Shown here one piece after another: positions 26,620 to 42,319 of a stretch of DNA of 64,000 nt. The notes below the pieces were generated by a model. The model was not told the origin of the DNA and made no database searches. It saw only the letters and a list, made by a program, of their open reading frames with translations. Source of the stretch: Macrostomum lignano (lineage: Eukaryota); the NCBI GenBank assembly GCA_002269645.1, contig NIVC01000797.1, positions 310,001-374,000 of the forward strand, in the 5' to 3' direction. The translations under genes and the position numbers were made by a program. How positions within the stretch are numbered: the first letter of the stretch is position 1; the number at the start of each line of letters is the position of its first letter.

Positions 26620-29600
26620 ATGGTGCAGCAGAGCCATGGAGGCGAGCTGGTGAGCGGCAGCGGCAGAGGCCGGAGGCGCTTGCATTGCCGGCTGTCCCGC
26701 GGCGGCGGCGGCAGCGGCAGCGGCGGCGGCTGCGGCCAGCTGCTGCTGCTGATGATGCTGAACTGTCTGCACCTGCTGCACCTGATGATGCTGCTGCTGC
26801 TGCTGCTGGCGCTGCTTCTTGCGCTGGTTGGTTTTGTCGGCCAGTTTGGCTTCTAGCGGCCTGGCTGTGCCGAGCTTCTGGCCGAGGGCCACGCCGACTT
26901 TGTTGATGTGCGAGATGGCCAGGACGGCGTCCTTGGGATTGCGAATTGTGGATTGGAAAGCCGCGATGCTTACAATTTGATAGCGTTAAACTAACAACAA
27001 GGTAAATGTGAACTTGGCGGTTTAAAACTCTTTTAGCTTTGGGATTTAGGATTATTAGATTTTGAGTTGTCTGCAAGGGGGTTGTAGCACAGTGGCTAGG
27101 GTGTCAAATTCACGAGTTGAAGGTCGAGGGTTCGATTCCCTATTCCACTGCAACAATTGGTGTCCTTGAGCAAGACACTCAACTCTGCATTGCTTCAGTT
27201 CACCCAAGTGTAAAATGGGTGCCAGCATTAGCTGGGGTAATTGAGGCTGTGTGTGGCGACCCCCCAGTTCCTGGACTGAACAGCCGTACGCAGCCTTCAG
27301 ATGCGCCGCGCAATAGCTGCGGCTGAGCTGTCGGTTGCACATCTGGGCTAATTGGAGCAGGTGCAATCAATTATTATTATAGTTAGGCACTAATTAGAGT
27401 TAATGTTAATGATGCCATGGATTAACAATTCGCAGTAGGGTTGTCTCCGGCGACGTCGCCGGACTTTCTAATTGCCTGGCATGTACACTCACAGTGCCTG
27501 TACAATAAGACAAAGATTATTCATTGGTTCTTAAATCTTAAGCCCCCCAAGCTTAAACCCTTAAAATCAAGCACAGAACCTCTACCCCCGGCCCCGCCAC
27601 CCAATTTTTTATTGCCTTCCTCGATTGGTCCCGCCTAAATCTGCCATGTACATTTCAGTGGACTGGCCAATGTACATTTATGGCTGAACCAATTTGAATT
27701 AGCAAACTTGGGCTTCTAAACTTATCAAAGTGATTTCAGCTGCCTTTATTTTTATAAAATAGCTTATGTGTTCTTCTTTGCTACTGAACTGAAAGTAGAA
27801 AGCTGTTTTACTTAGTATATGCCTGAGTGGCCCATCTAGTTATTCCAGTATCTGTGCTTCGTACTTGTTAGAAGTGGCGTGAACCAATCCGTTTAATTCT
27901 CACCTGCTCTTTCTCGAACCGGATGAAGCCGGCACCGGTGGCTCCGGTCTGCTGCCGGGTGCCCGGATCGGTGGCCCGCATCACCCGGCAGCTGATGATG
28001 CGGCCGCTAACCACCTTGGCCAGCTCCTCGGTGAACACGCGGGTCATCCAGTCTTCATTGCACTCCGTCCTGGTGGGCAGATTCTTGATGTAGATGTTCG
28101 TGGGGTCCTTCTCCGACTCCTGCCGGTGCGGCGGGGTTTCTGGGTCAGGACTGGTGGACAGGAAGATGGACACACGCAGTCATAAGCAGGCAGACAGACA
28201 AACAGCCTGACAGACAGGCACATAGACAGACAGACAGACAGGCAGGCAGACACACAGACACAAGCACGCAGACAGACCACAGACACAAACAGGCAGACAG
28301 ACCACAGACACAAACAGGCAGACAGACCACAGACACAAACAGGCAGACAGACCACAGACACAAACAGGCAGACAGACTACAGACACAAACAGGCAGACAG
28401 ACTACAGACACAAACAGGCAGACAGACTACAGACACAAACAGGCAGACAGACCACAGACACAAACAGGCAGACAGACTACAGACACAAACAGGCAGACAG
28501 ACTACAGACACAAACAGGCAGACAGACTACAGACACAAACAGGCAGACAGACCACAGACACAAACAGGCAGACAGACCACAGACACAAACAGGCAGACAG
28601 ACTACAGACACAAACAGGCAGACAGACCACAGACACAAACAGGCAGACAGACCACAGACACAAACAGGCAGACAGACCACAGACACAAACAGGCAGACAG
28701 ACCACAGACACAAACAGGCAGACAGACTACAGACACAAACAGGCAGACAGACCACGAACACAAACAGGCAGACAGACCACAGACACAAACAGGCAGACAG
28801 ACCACAGACACAAACAGGCAGACAGACCACAGACACAAACAGGCAGACAGACTACAGACACAAACAGGCAGACAGACCACGAACACAAACAGGCAGACAG
28901 ACCACAGACACAAACAGGCAGACAGACCACAGACACAAACAGGCAGACAGACAACAGACACAAACAGGCAGACAGACTACAGACACAAACAGGCAGACAG
29001 ACCACAGACACAAACAGGCAGACAGACTACAGACACAAACAGGCAGACAGACCACAGACACAAACAGGCAGACAGACAACAGACACAAACAGGCAGACAG
29101 ACTACAGACACAAACAGGCAGACAGACCACAGACACAAACAGGCAGACAGACCACAGACACAAACAGGCAGACAGACCACAGACACAAACAGGCAGACAG
29201 ACTACAGACACAAACAGGCAGACAGACCACAGACACAAACAGGCAGACAGACCACAGACACAAACAGGCAGACAGACTACAGACACAAACAGGCAGACAG
29301 ACCACAGACACAAACAGGCAGACAGACCACAGACACAAACAGGCAGACAGACCACAGACACAAACAGGCAGACAGACTACAGACACAAACAGGCAGACAG
29401 ACCACAGACAGAAGCACGCAAGCACCTAAGCAATCTGAGCGAATTTTGCATGCTAATAAAACTTGTGTCAATAGGAAACCAATTAATAGCAAAATGTTTG
29501 CATTTTTCTGTATCACAAAAAACTTCCTTCAACCAAGTCATGCAGGCAGTCACACTCACTCATTCAAACATTTTTATTTCGAGTGAACTGTTTTGGAATG

Positions 29601-32600
29601 AGCTCTAAATACGCAACGGAACCACATTGAATGATTGATATCGCTGTCAAAGCTAAGGGAAAATAGGATAAAAAAGAAAATTTGGGTTTTGTGCTGCTGA
29701 CAACATCCTTTCACGTAAAATAAAGGCGGATAATAACATAATCGCATGTTCAATTTAGCGCTGTCTAAGATAGCTACTTAGAGTAGAGTGATGCGCTTGT
29801 GGTGTTTATGACTTGAGATATAAATTATCTGGATTGTGGAAAGGGAGATGAGATCTGGGAGGCTGGCCTAGCAAGTGAGGATCTGGGAGGCTGGCCCAGC
29901 AACTGAAGATCTGGGAGGCTGGCCTAGCAAGTGAGGATCTGGGAGGCTGGCCCAGCAACTGAAGATCTGGGAGGCTGGCCCAGCAACTGAGGATCTGGAA
30001 GGCTGGCCCAGCAAGTGAGGATTTGGGAGGCAGGCCCAGCAACTGACACTCTATGGGAGGCTGGCCTAGCAACTGAGGATCTGGGAGGCTGGCCCAGCAA
30101 CTGAGGATCTGGGAGGCTGGCCCAGCAACTGAGGATCTGGGAGGCTGGCCCAGCAACTGAGGATCTGGGAGGCTGGCCCAGCAACTGAGGATCTGGGAGG
30201 CTGGCCCAGCAGCTGAGGATCTGGAAGGCTGGCCCAGCAACTGAGGATCTGGGAGGCTGGCCCAGCAACTGAGGATCTGGGAGGCTGGCCCAGCAACTGA
30301 GGATCTGGGAGGCTGGCCCAGCAACTGAGGATCTGAAAGGCTGGCCCAGCAACTGAGGATCTGGGAGGCTGGCCCAGCAGCTGAGGATCTGGGAGGCTGG
30401 CCCAGCAACTGAGGATCTGGGAGGCTGGCCCAGCAACTGAGGGTCTGGGAGGCTGGCCCAGCAGCTGAGGATCTGGGAGGCTGGCTCAGCAACTGAGGAT
30501 CTGGGAGGCTGGCCCAGCAACTGAGGATCTGAAAGGCTGGCCCAGCAACTGAGGATCTGGGAGGCTGGCCCAGCAACTGAGGATCTGGGAGGCTGGCCCA
30601 GCAACTGACACTCTGGGAGAATGTTTACAAAACCCATTAAAGCGGAAAATGAAGAGGTTAAACTGGATAAAGGGCTAATTATGCATTAAGTACATGTATT
30701 TGAGAATTGATAAAGGTACTTAAAAAAGGCTAAATAAATCCATAGATTGTGTAGGCAATAAAACTGGGGTAAAAAATAGTAAATAATATTCAGGTGAGAC
30801 AACAGACATGATTAATTTTGCGAATGCTGCAGCTTCCAACTCTGTCTGCTTTTCACGCCGACAAAAATTATTTTTTTACCTCTTTGGCCTAAAGAGAACA
30901 AAACAATGTAGATATTTGTTATAAACTATGCGTATTATGTTCTTTAAAATTCAACTTTCACGGAATTGTAGCGCGTAAATTCAATAGTTGATGTCAACTG
31001 CCTCACCCTGGCGTAGCTGATCTGCAGTTTGCCGTTGCGCAGGTTCACTTTGGTGAGCGCCTCCAGAGCGATTTGAGCTTGGGTCTCGTCTCTGAAGTCC
31101 ACGAATCCGTAACCTTGAGGTTGGGTTGTTCGAATATCGATTTCAATGCCTTCATTTTTCCCCCAGTTCATATTCGCATGTCAAAAATAGATTATTCTGT
31201 ATCTTACAAAAATGCCATATCTCTAGCAAATCTTAAAAGTGCTGATCTTCCCAAAATTACAGATCTAGGAGAATTTTCCCCAAGTTCCTGTACTAAGAAG
31301 CTTCTAAAACTAGAATCCCCTCAAAAAATCTCCTCAAACCTAGATCCCACAAAAGAATCCTCCCAGATCCCAAATCCCAAAAGAGAATCTTCCCAAATCC
31401 CAAATCCCACAAGAGAATCCTCCCAAATCCCAGATACCACAAGAGAATCTCACCAAATCCCAAATCCCACAAGAGAATCTTCCCAAATCCCAGATACCAC
31501 AAGAGAATATCACCAAATCCCAAATCTTACAAGAGAACCTTTCCAAATCCCAAATCTCGCAAAAGAATATCCCAAATCCCACAAGAGTATCTTCCCAAAT
31601 CTCACAAGACAATCTCCCCAAATCCCAGATCCCACAAGACAATATCACAAAATCCCAAAAGAGAATCTTCCCAAATCCCAAATCCCACAAGAGAATCCTC
31701 CCAAATCCCAGATACCACAAGAGAATATCACCAAATCCCAAATCCCACAAGAGAACCTTTCCAAATCCCAAATCTCGCAAAAGAATATCCCAAATCCCAC
31801 AAGAGTATCTTCCCAAATCCCACAAGAAAATCTTCCTAAATCTCAAATCCCACAAGACAATCTTCCCAAATCCCAGATTCTGCAAGAGAATCTTCCCAAA
31901 TCCCAAATCCCACAAGACAATCTTTCCAAATCCCAAATCCCACAAGACAATCTTTCCAAATCCCAAATCCCACAAGACAATCTTTCCAAATCCCAAATCC
32001 CACAAGACAATCTTCCCAAATCCCAAATCCCACAAGAAAATCTTCCCGAATACCAAATCCTACAAGAAAATCTTCCCGAATACCAAATCCCACAAGACAA
32101 TTTTCCCAAATCCCAGATCCCACAAGACAATCTTCCCAAATCCCAGATTCTGCAAGAGAATCTTCCCAAATCCAATCGAAACCCAATTGATCCCCCAAAA
32201 TCCAGCAGCACAATGCACCAGAGAGGACATCACACCTTTGCACTGTCCGGACTGCTCGTCCATCACTGCCTTGGTAGAGTTGATGGCATCGCTGGCGATG
32301 TTGGCATTCTCGGACACCAGCTGCCGGATGGTCTCGTCCGTGTCCGAGGGCAGAAGGCCCCGGATGTACAGGTTGGTGCTGCTCTTGCGGTCTATGTCGT
32401 CATTTGGCGATGCATTGCGAGATCCGGTGTGCTGCTGCATCAGGCTCTGCGAGATGGCGGGGTTCGGGGTTGGACTGCTCGATAGACCAGAAATGGGTTT
32501 GAGTAGCCAGCTGGTAGATAAACTTTGCGGGCTGGATGAATGGGTAATTTGGTGTTTGTATCTTTTTAAATTATCTTTTATTCCGATACGGTTTTAAGAT

Positions 32601-32634
32601 TGTTGATTGAAATGGGCGGACATGGCAGACAGAC

Positions 32635-32669
<35 letters not shown>

Positions 32670-33664
32670 GGCAGGCAGACAGACAGACAGGCAGACAGAC
32701 AGGCAGACAGGCAGACAGACAGACAGACAGACAGGCAGACAGACAGGCAGACAGGCAGACAGGCAGACAGGCAGACAGGCAGACAGACAGACAGGCAGAC
32801 AGACAGACAGGCAGACAGACAGGAGACAGTCCATGCCCACAACAGAGTGACTGATCACACTGCAGGGCACTGGCCCACACGAGAACTTTAAAGCTAAGCG
32901 ATGTGGCCAATACAAATAAATGTCCAAGCAGTTGAATTCGCAGTTAGGCATTTCATTAATTAACCAGAATTGGCTAAGAAATCTGTATTTTTCTTAGCTG
33001 CGCAGAATTTCAAAGCTATTCGTGGTTCAGGAGGCCGGGTCAATTAGCATATTGCCGAATAAGTTAAGTATAGATAGATATGCAATAGGCATTAAATCAT
33101 TCTATAAAAAAGCCATATATAAAATATGTATGCTAGTTAGAAAATATATTTGAAAATATAATAGGGATAGGATAGCGGGCATCCACAAGCCCAGCTCCAC
33201 TCAGGACTGCAGGCGTTCGCTTGCTGATAAGCCACTAGGCAAGGACCACCAAGGAGCACTAGACGATAGAATTAGCATCTGGACTGGCTGTGAACAGGGC
33301 TGCGACAATTTCTAGTATTAGATGTCCATGAGGCGAGGGCAATTATACATTTATCCGTTTCCTCGGTCATGGAGGCTAACGATAAAATCTGTCTGTGAGT
33401 ACAGCTGACAGCCCCAGGCACCGGACTCAGAGGGTTGAGTAATAAACTGGCTAATGATGATGGTGAGTCGCATGACAGGGTGGAAGGAAGCTGCGTAATA
33501 TTATTATGTATGAGTTTATAATCTGCATAGTTTGCATAATCTGCATAATTTTATCCTCTTTTTAAAAATATATTTATTGATTAAAAAACGCCATGGATGG
33601 ATAAAATTATTCTGAAGGACGCTAAACTTGCAAACTGTCCGAATTTCAACGGACACAGACAGAA

Positions 33665-33733
<69 letters not shown>

Positions 33734-33812
33734 GGCAGACAGACAGGCAGACAGACAGACAGACAGGCAGACAGACAGGCAGACAGACAGACAGGCAGAC
33801 AGGCAGGCAGGC

Positions 33813-33863
<51 letters not shown>

Positions 33864-33882
33864 TAGACGCTAAGACAGATAT

Positions 33883-33929
<47 letters not shown>

Positions 33930-33978
33930 GGCAGACAGACAGACAGACAGGCAGACAGGCAGACAGATAGACAGATAT

Positions 33979-34057
<79 letters not shown>

Positions 34058-37000
34058 CACAGACAGACAGACAGACAGACAGACAGATAGGCAGACAGGT
34101 GATTCAGCCCCAAGCTGAGATGCTGAGAATTTTATGCTGAGAAAAACTGAAAGCCTGCTAGTCCCCTCATCTTCAAACAAATTGTCACAGATTAAACTTT
34201 CCGCAGATATCCCAGCAAGTTTCATACATAATCTACACGAACATTTGGATAGCTAAGATCCAACCCAATGCACAATTCTGACGCTTATTACCTGCCTGCT
34301 CTGCCCACAAATGCGCCGCCAGAGGCCAGAGGGTTAAATTGGACCAGAGATTTTGTAGTTTTATAACACCTTTTATTTACAACAGCCACTCAAGTGAGGC
34401 AAGGCAAGCTGTTGCCAGTGTGTGCAGCTTACTGCATTCGGAGGTTCGCACGGTAGTTTTATTTTATGACTGCCATCTCGCCAGCGACTATGGGAGCGAC
34501 CCGACTTGCTAGAACAACAGCAGGAGACACACACGAGATTTGGGGTCAGGTTGGGGGGCGGAGCAGCTTAAGCGCCGCAGTAAAGGCGCATGAACTCTCG
34601 CGTTACAGACCCCCCCCCCCGGTTTCGATTCCGTGTGGTTGCAAACAAACATACTTATTTGGGGCTTGTGTGCAACGAAGAGGGGTTGCAGCCTAGTGGT
34701 CAGAGCGTCGGACTCACGACTTGAAGGTCGGGGGTTCGATTCTTGACCCACTCGGAACAATTTGTGTCCTTGAGCAAGGCACTTAACTCTGTGCATTGCT
34801 TCAGTTCACCCAGCTGTAAAATGGGTGCCAGCATCAGCTGGGGTAATTGAGGCTGTGTGTGGCGACCCCCCAGTCTTGGACTGAACAGCCGTACGCAGCC
34901 TTCAGAGGTTGTGGGACGACCTCAGACAATCGTCTGTTATTGGGATCTAGGATTTTGATTTAGGATCGCCAATAGTCTACATATATATGGGATTAAGGGA
35001 TTGTGAGTAGAATGCCCGGTTTCGGGATTCGAAGCAGGAATGACAGATGGTTTTTAGAATTTAGCAAGTTAGACTGAGAAAAATGTCTTATTAATAATAA
35101 TTGTGAAAAATTATAAATCCATAATCTTTCTCAAGACCTGTTCCGCTTGACTGATTTCCCGGCAAAAAGGAATTGAAACTCTCCGTTTAACGAATAATGG
35201 GATTTAGGATGAAAGTTTCTTTTCGAAATGAGAAGTTCGAGCTTAGCGGAAGTTTTCGACCACAAAGGCGGTTGGGTAGAAATAGTCAATAGATTCGAGA
35301 AGCCCTGGAAACCCCCTCGGCCTCGGAAACCACTCGATTCGAGTTCGCGTGCTAAACACAAGAAGTAACTTTTTCTCTTCTATTAGAAGCAGAAGAAGAG
35401 GCAGAAAGAAGCCTAGAAGCCATTGGAGAGGGTCAGAGGGGGTTGGCCTGCTTAAACCCGTCTGTAATCCTGATTCTCCTCTCCCTCCGACTTTTTTGTG
35501 AACCTTGATTTCTGGAGGACAGGCGGACTCAGGAGTGCTCCTAACCGGCAACCCCCCTTGCTGCTGAGAATCTCTTCAGCAATCAATCTTGAACAAAAAG
35601 GAGGGGGGAGAGAGAAGGGAGACGGGAGAAGGGAAAGCTGGGAGAGTTTTCACTGGGGGAGTGAGCGGGTAAAAGCATGCGAATACGCTGGGCATATCAT
35701 GAGGCATTTTAGTTGGCTGTTTAACAAAGATGGGAAATGAAAGAGAGAGAGCAGGTTTTGGGATTGCGTGTCGACAGGGCAATAAAAAAATTTGCGGTGG
35801 GCAGGAAAAAACATGAGAAATTGCATTGGCATTGTTCCCACATAATAATAAGTAAATGAAAATTGCCAATACCTTATGACCCGATTAAAGCTAAGATTAA
35901 GAATTGGGATTATAAAGAAATATTGACTGGGAAATTTCACGTTTATTTTACGTTGAAAGACTGAGTTTGTGCATTTAACAACAAAAGCTTTATATTAAGA
36001 AGTATGTTATTTCGTATTGACGGGGAAGCTCATAAAAAACGACAGAGTCTGAGGAAATATCAGAGAAATAAAAAATTCTATTATTTATGCATCAAAAATT
36101 GAATATTGCATTTTATTCACTATAGGTTGACGAAATTAGCAATCCATTCTATTCCTTTATCCATCACGATGTTGGCTAGATTAGCAATCCATTCTATTCC
36201 TTTATCCATCATGATGTTGGCTAGATTAGCAATCCATTCTATTCCTTCATCCATCATGATGTTGGCTAGATTAGCAATCCATTCTATTCCTTCATCCATC
36301 ATGATGTTGGCTAGATTATCAATCCATTCTATTCCTTCATCCATCATGATGTTGGCTAGATTAGCAATCCATTCTATTCCTTTATTTATCATGATGTTGG
36401 CTAGATTAGCAATCCATTCTATTCCTTCATCCATCATGATGTTGGCTAGATTAGCAATCCATTCTATTCCTTTATTTATCATGATGTTGGCTAGATTAGC
36501 AATCCATTCTATTCCTTCATCCATCATGATGTTGGCTAGATTAGCAATCCATTCTATTCCTTTATCCATCATGATTTTGGCTGGATTAGCAATCCATTCT
36601 ATTCCTTTATCCATCATGATGTTGGCTAGATTAGCAATCCATTCTATTCCTTCATCCACCATGCCGTTAACTAGAGCAGTACATGAAATACAAAAATATT
36701 ATCAGTAAGTGGAACCACTCAGAAAAATACTACAGGAAATTTCATCGTTTCAATGCTAAAAAAACACATTTCAGACCAAAACGGCAAAGCTCAGGGCGCC
36801 AGACAGCTCGCCATGGGACCATCAAACATGACTGAGAAACCAGCAAGGGGGGGGTGGTGAGCAGAAAGCCCAACTGACAGTCTGGCAATTTGAATTTCAA
36901 ATTCTGAGTTCAGGCATGGGGGATCAATGAGAGCCCGGAGCCCGGAGGCTTCTGTCCCAGCTACCAGAGAAGGAAAACGCGAGGAGTTGACTGTGTGCTC

Positions 37001-37533
37001 AGCCCAGCTCAGCCTCGAGCTGTACAGACAGACAGGCAATGATGACGGTGTCCGGATTCTGTGGCCCTCTGTGAGCAACCGCAGCAGTTCCTCATCTCAT
37101 TCTCAAAAGTGTTTTTTGTCGTTTTCGTGATGGGAGCCCATATATATATTTTTCGACGCAGCCCTTTCACTTTTCCCTCTCCGGATTCTGGGCCTGGCGA
37201 GTATGGAGGCCGCAAATTAAATTTGGTGTCGACTGGTTAGCGACTGAAAGCTTTTTTTTCAATTTTTTGTGATGCTAGAGCGAAACGAACGGGAGGGAAA
37301 GTCTGTATCGAATCAAGTTGGATACAGACTGAACTGTTGCGATGCTCTTGGCGTGATTGATGCGATTGGAGAGTTGATTCTAGGAAAATGAGAATAAAAG
37401 ATAATAAATAGATGGGGAAATGCGCGAGATTCATTTGGCATGAGGTGATGAAGTGAAAGGTGAAAATTAACGGATGCTACAGATGCTGGGAGAGAGAGGA
37501 ATAGACAGACAGACAGACAGACAGACACAAACA

Positions 37534-37564
<31 letters not shown>

Positions 37565-37570
37565 CAAACA

Positions 37571-37643
<73 letters not shown>

Positions 37644-37676
37644 CAGACACAGACACAGACGTCGACAGACAGACAT

Positions 37677-37711
<35 letters not shown>

Positions 37712-37753
37712 CAAACAACAGACAGACAGACAGACAGACATACAGACAGACAT

Positions 37754-37784
<31 letters not shown>

Positions 37785-37785
37785 T

Positions 37786-37832
<47 letters not shown>

Positions 37833-37886
37833 CAAACAACAGACAGACAGACAGGCAGACATACAGACAGACATACAGACAGACAT

Positions 37887-37923
<37 letters not shown>

Positions 37924-37925
37924 TG

Positions 37926-37983
<58 letters not shown>

Positions 37984-37985
37984 TG

Positions 37986-38037
<52 letters not shown>

Positions 38038-38078
38038 CAGACACAGACGTCGACAGACAGACAGACAGACAGACAGAC

Positions 38079-38164
<86 letters not shown>

Positions 38165-41100
38165 GAGCCCAAACTCACCATGGCAACCAGAGGCAGTCTG
38201 TATCTGAGGTCAGAGGCAATGGGTAATGCAATGGCCGGACTAGGAATATCAGGATGCCTTCGCTTCATAACCATAGGAACGGTTGGCAAAGAGATATTGC
38301 GGAGCTATCAGCAAACATCAATGCAGCCAGTAATATATAAAGCTAGTTGTCTGTAAATCTGGGTATAGTAATGAAAAAGACTATTTGCTACAAACACAAT
38401 AGACTAATTCTCAAGATTTAAAACATTGATCTGTAATTTAAGATTCAATAGTCCAGCAGTTTAATAGGAGCAGAGCCTCGTGACCAATCAGAATTGGTTT
38501 ATACAGAGAGTAGAGAACAATAGAAGAGGCTCTGAAACTCGAATTCAGATGTCAGCTTGCTGGCTTTAATTTGCTTTTGACGTGCCCAGTGTTATATTGC
38601 ACAGAAATGTATAAATTTATACAGCATACATTGCTCTTGGGCCACTCTTTCGGCTCAGTATTCTGCGTGTTTTACGACTTGCTGAGGGGGGCCAATAAAA
38701 ACCGACAGAGGGTTAGGAATGTGAGAGGAAAACTCTTGGCATCTGTCCCAGCCAATGCTTGGCTAATACGAATGTAAGCTTGAGTTCGAGAGGCTGAGCA
38801 GTGCACTAACCTAATAGAAATTTTCTACGAATATAGATCAAATTTTGTGTTCTTTTATTCGGTTGCTGAGCCGTTGCACTGCTGATTTCTGTTGATTTTC
38901 GTGGATTCCGGAGATTGCCTGGGATTTTCATTTGCGTGGGGTTCCATAGATTTGTGTGGTTTCCGTAGATATGAGTAGTTTCCAAAGATTCATGTGGTTT
39001 CCATAGATTCATGTGGTTTCCATAGATTTGTGTGGTTTCCATAGATTCATGTGGTTTCCATAGATTTGTGTGGTTTCCGCAGTTTTGTGTGGCTTTCATA
39101 GATTGATGTGGTTTCCACTGATTTGCGTGGTTTCCATAGATTTATGTGATTTCCATAGATTTGTGTGGTTTCCATAGATTTGAGTGGTTTCCATAGATTT
39201 ATGCGATTTCCACTGATTTGCGCGGTTTCCATAGATTTATGTGATTTCCATAGATTTGTGTGGTTTCCATAGATTTGAGTGGTTTCCATAGATTTATGCG
39301 ATTTCCATAGATTTGTGTGGTTTCCATAGATTTGTGTGGTTTCCATAGATTTGAGTGGTTTCCATAGATTTATGCGATTTCCATAGATTTGTGTGGTTTC
39401 CATAGATTTATGTGATTTCCATAGATTTGTGTGGTTTCCATAGATTTATGTGATTTCCATAGATTTGTGTGGTTTCCATAGATTTGTGTGGTTTCCATAG
39501 ATTTATGTGGTTTCCATAGATTTCTGTGGTTTCATAGATTTGTATGGGGTCTGTAGATCCTTTAAATCCCTTTGCCTTTGGATTCCTTAGATTCCAAACT
39601 GTGTACTGCGGAGAGTCGGCCATCTATCTTTCGCATGCTCAATTCGGTGTCTGACTGCCAAGAAATGCAAGCGGATATTGCTCAGTTGTCCAGCAAATCC
39701 AAAGCAATTAGTAAGTAAAGTAGGGATTCCGTCTCTTTGTATTGGAAAAGGAGAAGAGAAGGGACAAGCATGGGTATTTATCTGGGACGCCGGCTTGTGC
39801 TGTGGGATGGATCTGTACAGAAGCAGAAAGTTTGAGTAAACAGTTATAAGTTTTCCCCTGTTTGAGGAGATCGAAGTTCGGTCTTAAGATTGCAGCAAAT
39901 CCTATAAGCTGGTGAGGAGCTGAAGATTGTTGGGCAAGCAATTGTAGTTTATGCGGAGAATAAAAAGTTAGCGCCGAACTGCTCTTCCCTGAGAACTGGG
40001 GAGCTTTTCTTTTATTGGTAGACCAAATTTTAGGAGGATTAATACCGATGGACTCTAGATTCACTATTGGGTGAGGTCAAGTGACTTTTTATGAATGTTT
40101 TAGGTGAGGTCATCTGACGTTTTATCCGACTGTTTTAGATGAGGTCAACTGACTTTATCTGACTGTTTTAGGTGAGGTCAACTGACTCTTTATCTGATTA
40201 TTTTAGGTGAGGTCAACTGACTCTTTATCTGACTGTTTTAGGTGAGGTCATCTGACGTTTTATCCGACTGTTTTAGATGAGGTCAACTGACTTTATCTGA
40301 CTGTTTTAGGTGAGGTCAACTGACTCTTTATCTGATTATTTTAGGTGAGGTCAACTGACTCTTTATCTGACTGTTTTAGGTGAGGTCAGACGTTCTATCA
40401 CTTATAGACTCTTTATCTCTCTGACGTTTTATCTGACTGTTTTAGGTGAAGTCAACTGACTATATCTGACTGTTTTAGTGAGGTCAGCTGACGTTTTATC
40501 TGACTGTTTAGGGCGAGGTCAACTGACTCTTTATCTGACTGTTTTAGGTGAGGTCATCTGACGTTTTATCCGACTGTTTTAGATGAGGTCAACTGACTCT
40601 TTATCTGATTATTTTAGGTGAGGTCAACTGACTTCTTATCTGACTGTTTTAGGTGAGGTCATCTGACGTTTTATCTAAATGTTTTAGGTGAAGTCAACTG
40701 ACTATATCTGACTGTTTTAGTGAGGTCAGCTGACGTTTTATCTGACTGTTTAGGGCGAGGTCAACTAACTTCATATCTGACTGTTTTAGGCGAGGTCAAC
40801 TGACTCTTTATCTGACTGTTTTACTGAGGTCAGCTGACGTTTTATCTGACTGTTTTGGATATAAGGTCAGCTGACGTTTTTTGTGACGTTTCGGGTGAGG
40901 TCAACTGACTCTTTATCTGACTGTTTTACTGAGGTCAGCTGACGTTTTATCTGATTTTTTTGGATAAGGTCAGCTGACGTTTTTTATGTGACGTTTCGGG
41001 TGAGGTCAACTGACTCTTTATCTGACTGTTTCGGGTGAGGTCAACTGACTCTTTATCTGACTGTTTCGGGTGAGGTCAACTGACTCTTTATCTGACTGTT

Positions 41101-41592
41101 TCGGGTGAGGTCAACTGACTTCTTGTCTGACTTATTTAGGCAAGGTCAACTGACTTTTATCTCATTTTGGCACCGGAGAACCTGACTGTCCCATCTCTCT
41201 AGTAGGACATAAATCACAATTCTTTTAACTAGCTAGCATCATTGCGACTTTATCGCTAAATATGACTAATCACATTTATAAAGTTATATACATACATCGT
41301 ACTATAATTATACTGTAACAAAAACTAACCCAGCCAAGATTAGATAATGATGAGCCATGCTCCAACAGAAGGTTAATGAGTTTGCTTAGCCTCGTACGGC
41401 CGGTCTGTCTGGCACAGCCAGCATGTGTGACACGGATCAACCAATTAACTCCAGTACGGTGAGCGCCTACCAGCATGCATAGGCAAAACAATCAACTGTT
41501 TGGCTGAGACAGGGGTTCTGCTTAAATCAATTTAGCCAAATATTAAGCATTGAGAGCGTGTGGATGAGGCAGATACACATGGAGCTCTAAAA

Positions 41593-41653
<61 letters not shown>

Positions 41654-41658
41654 GACTG

Positions 41659-41689
<31 letters not shown>

Positions 41690-41696
41690 GTAACTG

Positions 41697-41771
<75 letters not shown>

Positions 41772-41794
41772 GTAACTGACTAACTAACTAACTG

Positions 41795-41873
<79 letters not shown>

Positions 41874-41920
41874 GTAACTGACTAACTAACTAACTGACTA
41901 ACTAACTAACTAACTGACTG

Positions 41921-41962
<42 letters not shown>

Positions 41963-42022
41963 CAACTAACTAACTGTAACTGACTAACTAACTAACTGAC
42001 TAACTAACTAACTAACTGACTG

Positions 42023-42077
<55 letters not shown>

Positions 42078-42084
42078 GTAACTG

Positions 42085-42139
<55 letters not shown>

Positions 42140-42140
42140 G

Positions 42141-42195
<55 letters not shown>

Positions 42196-42218
42196 GTAAC
42201 TGACTAACTAACTAACTG

Positions 42219-42261
<43 letters not shown>

Positions 42262-42262
42262 G

Positions 42263-42319
<57 letters not shown>

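Noticed and set aside
31073-32485. 470-aa + strand ORF with ([10 protein letters not shown])n
   Set aside because: It is the 30-bp intronic minisatellite antisense to the RBMS exons; a unit length divisible by 3 explains the open frame.
36106-36708. Bidirectional 180-200 aa ORFs ([15 protein letters not shown] repeats)
   Set aside because: The 45-bp stop-free unit explains them; intronic, with no flanking splice signals identified.
41592-42318. Interstitial telomere
   Set aside because: The unit is CTAA (TTAG), not TTAGGG or TTAGG; treated as a tetranucleotide microsatellite.
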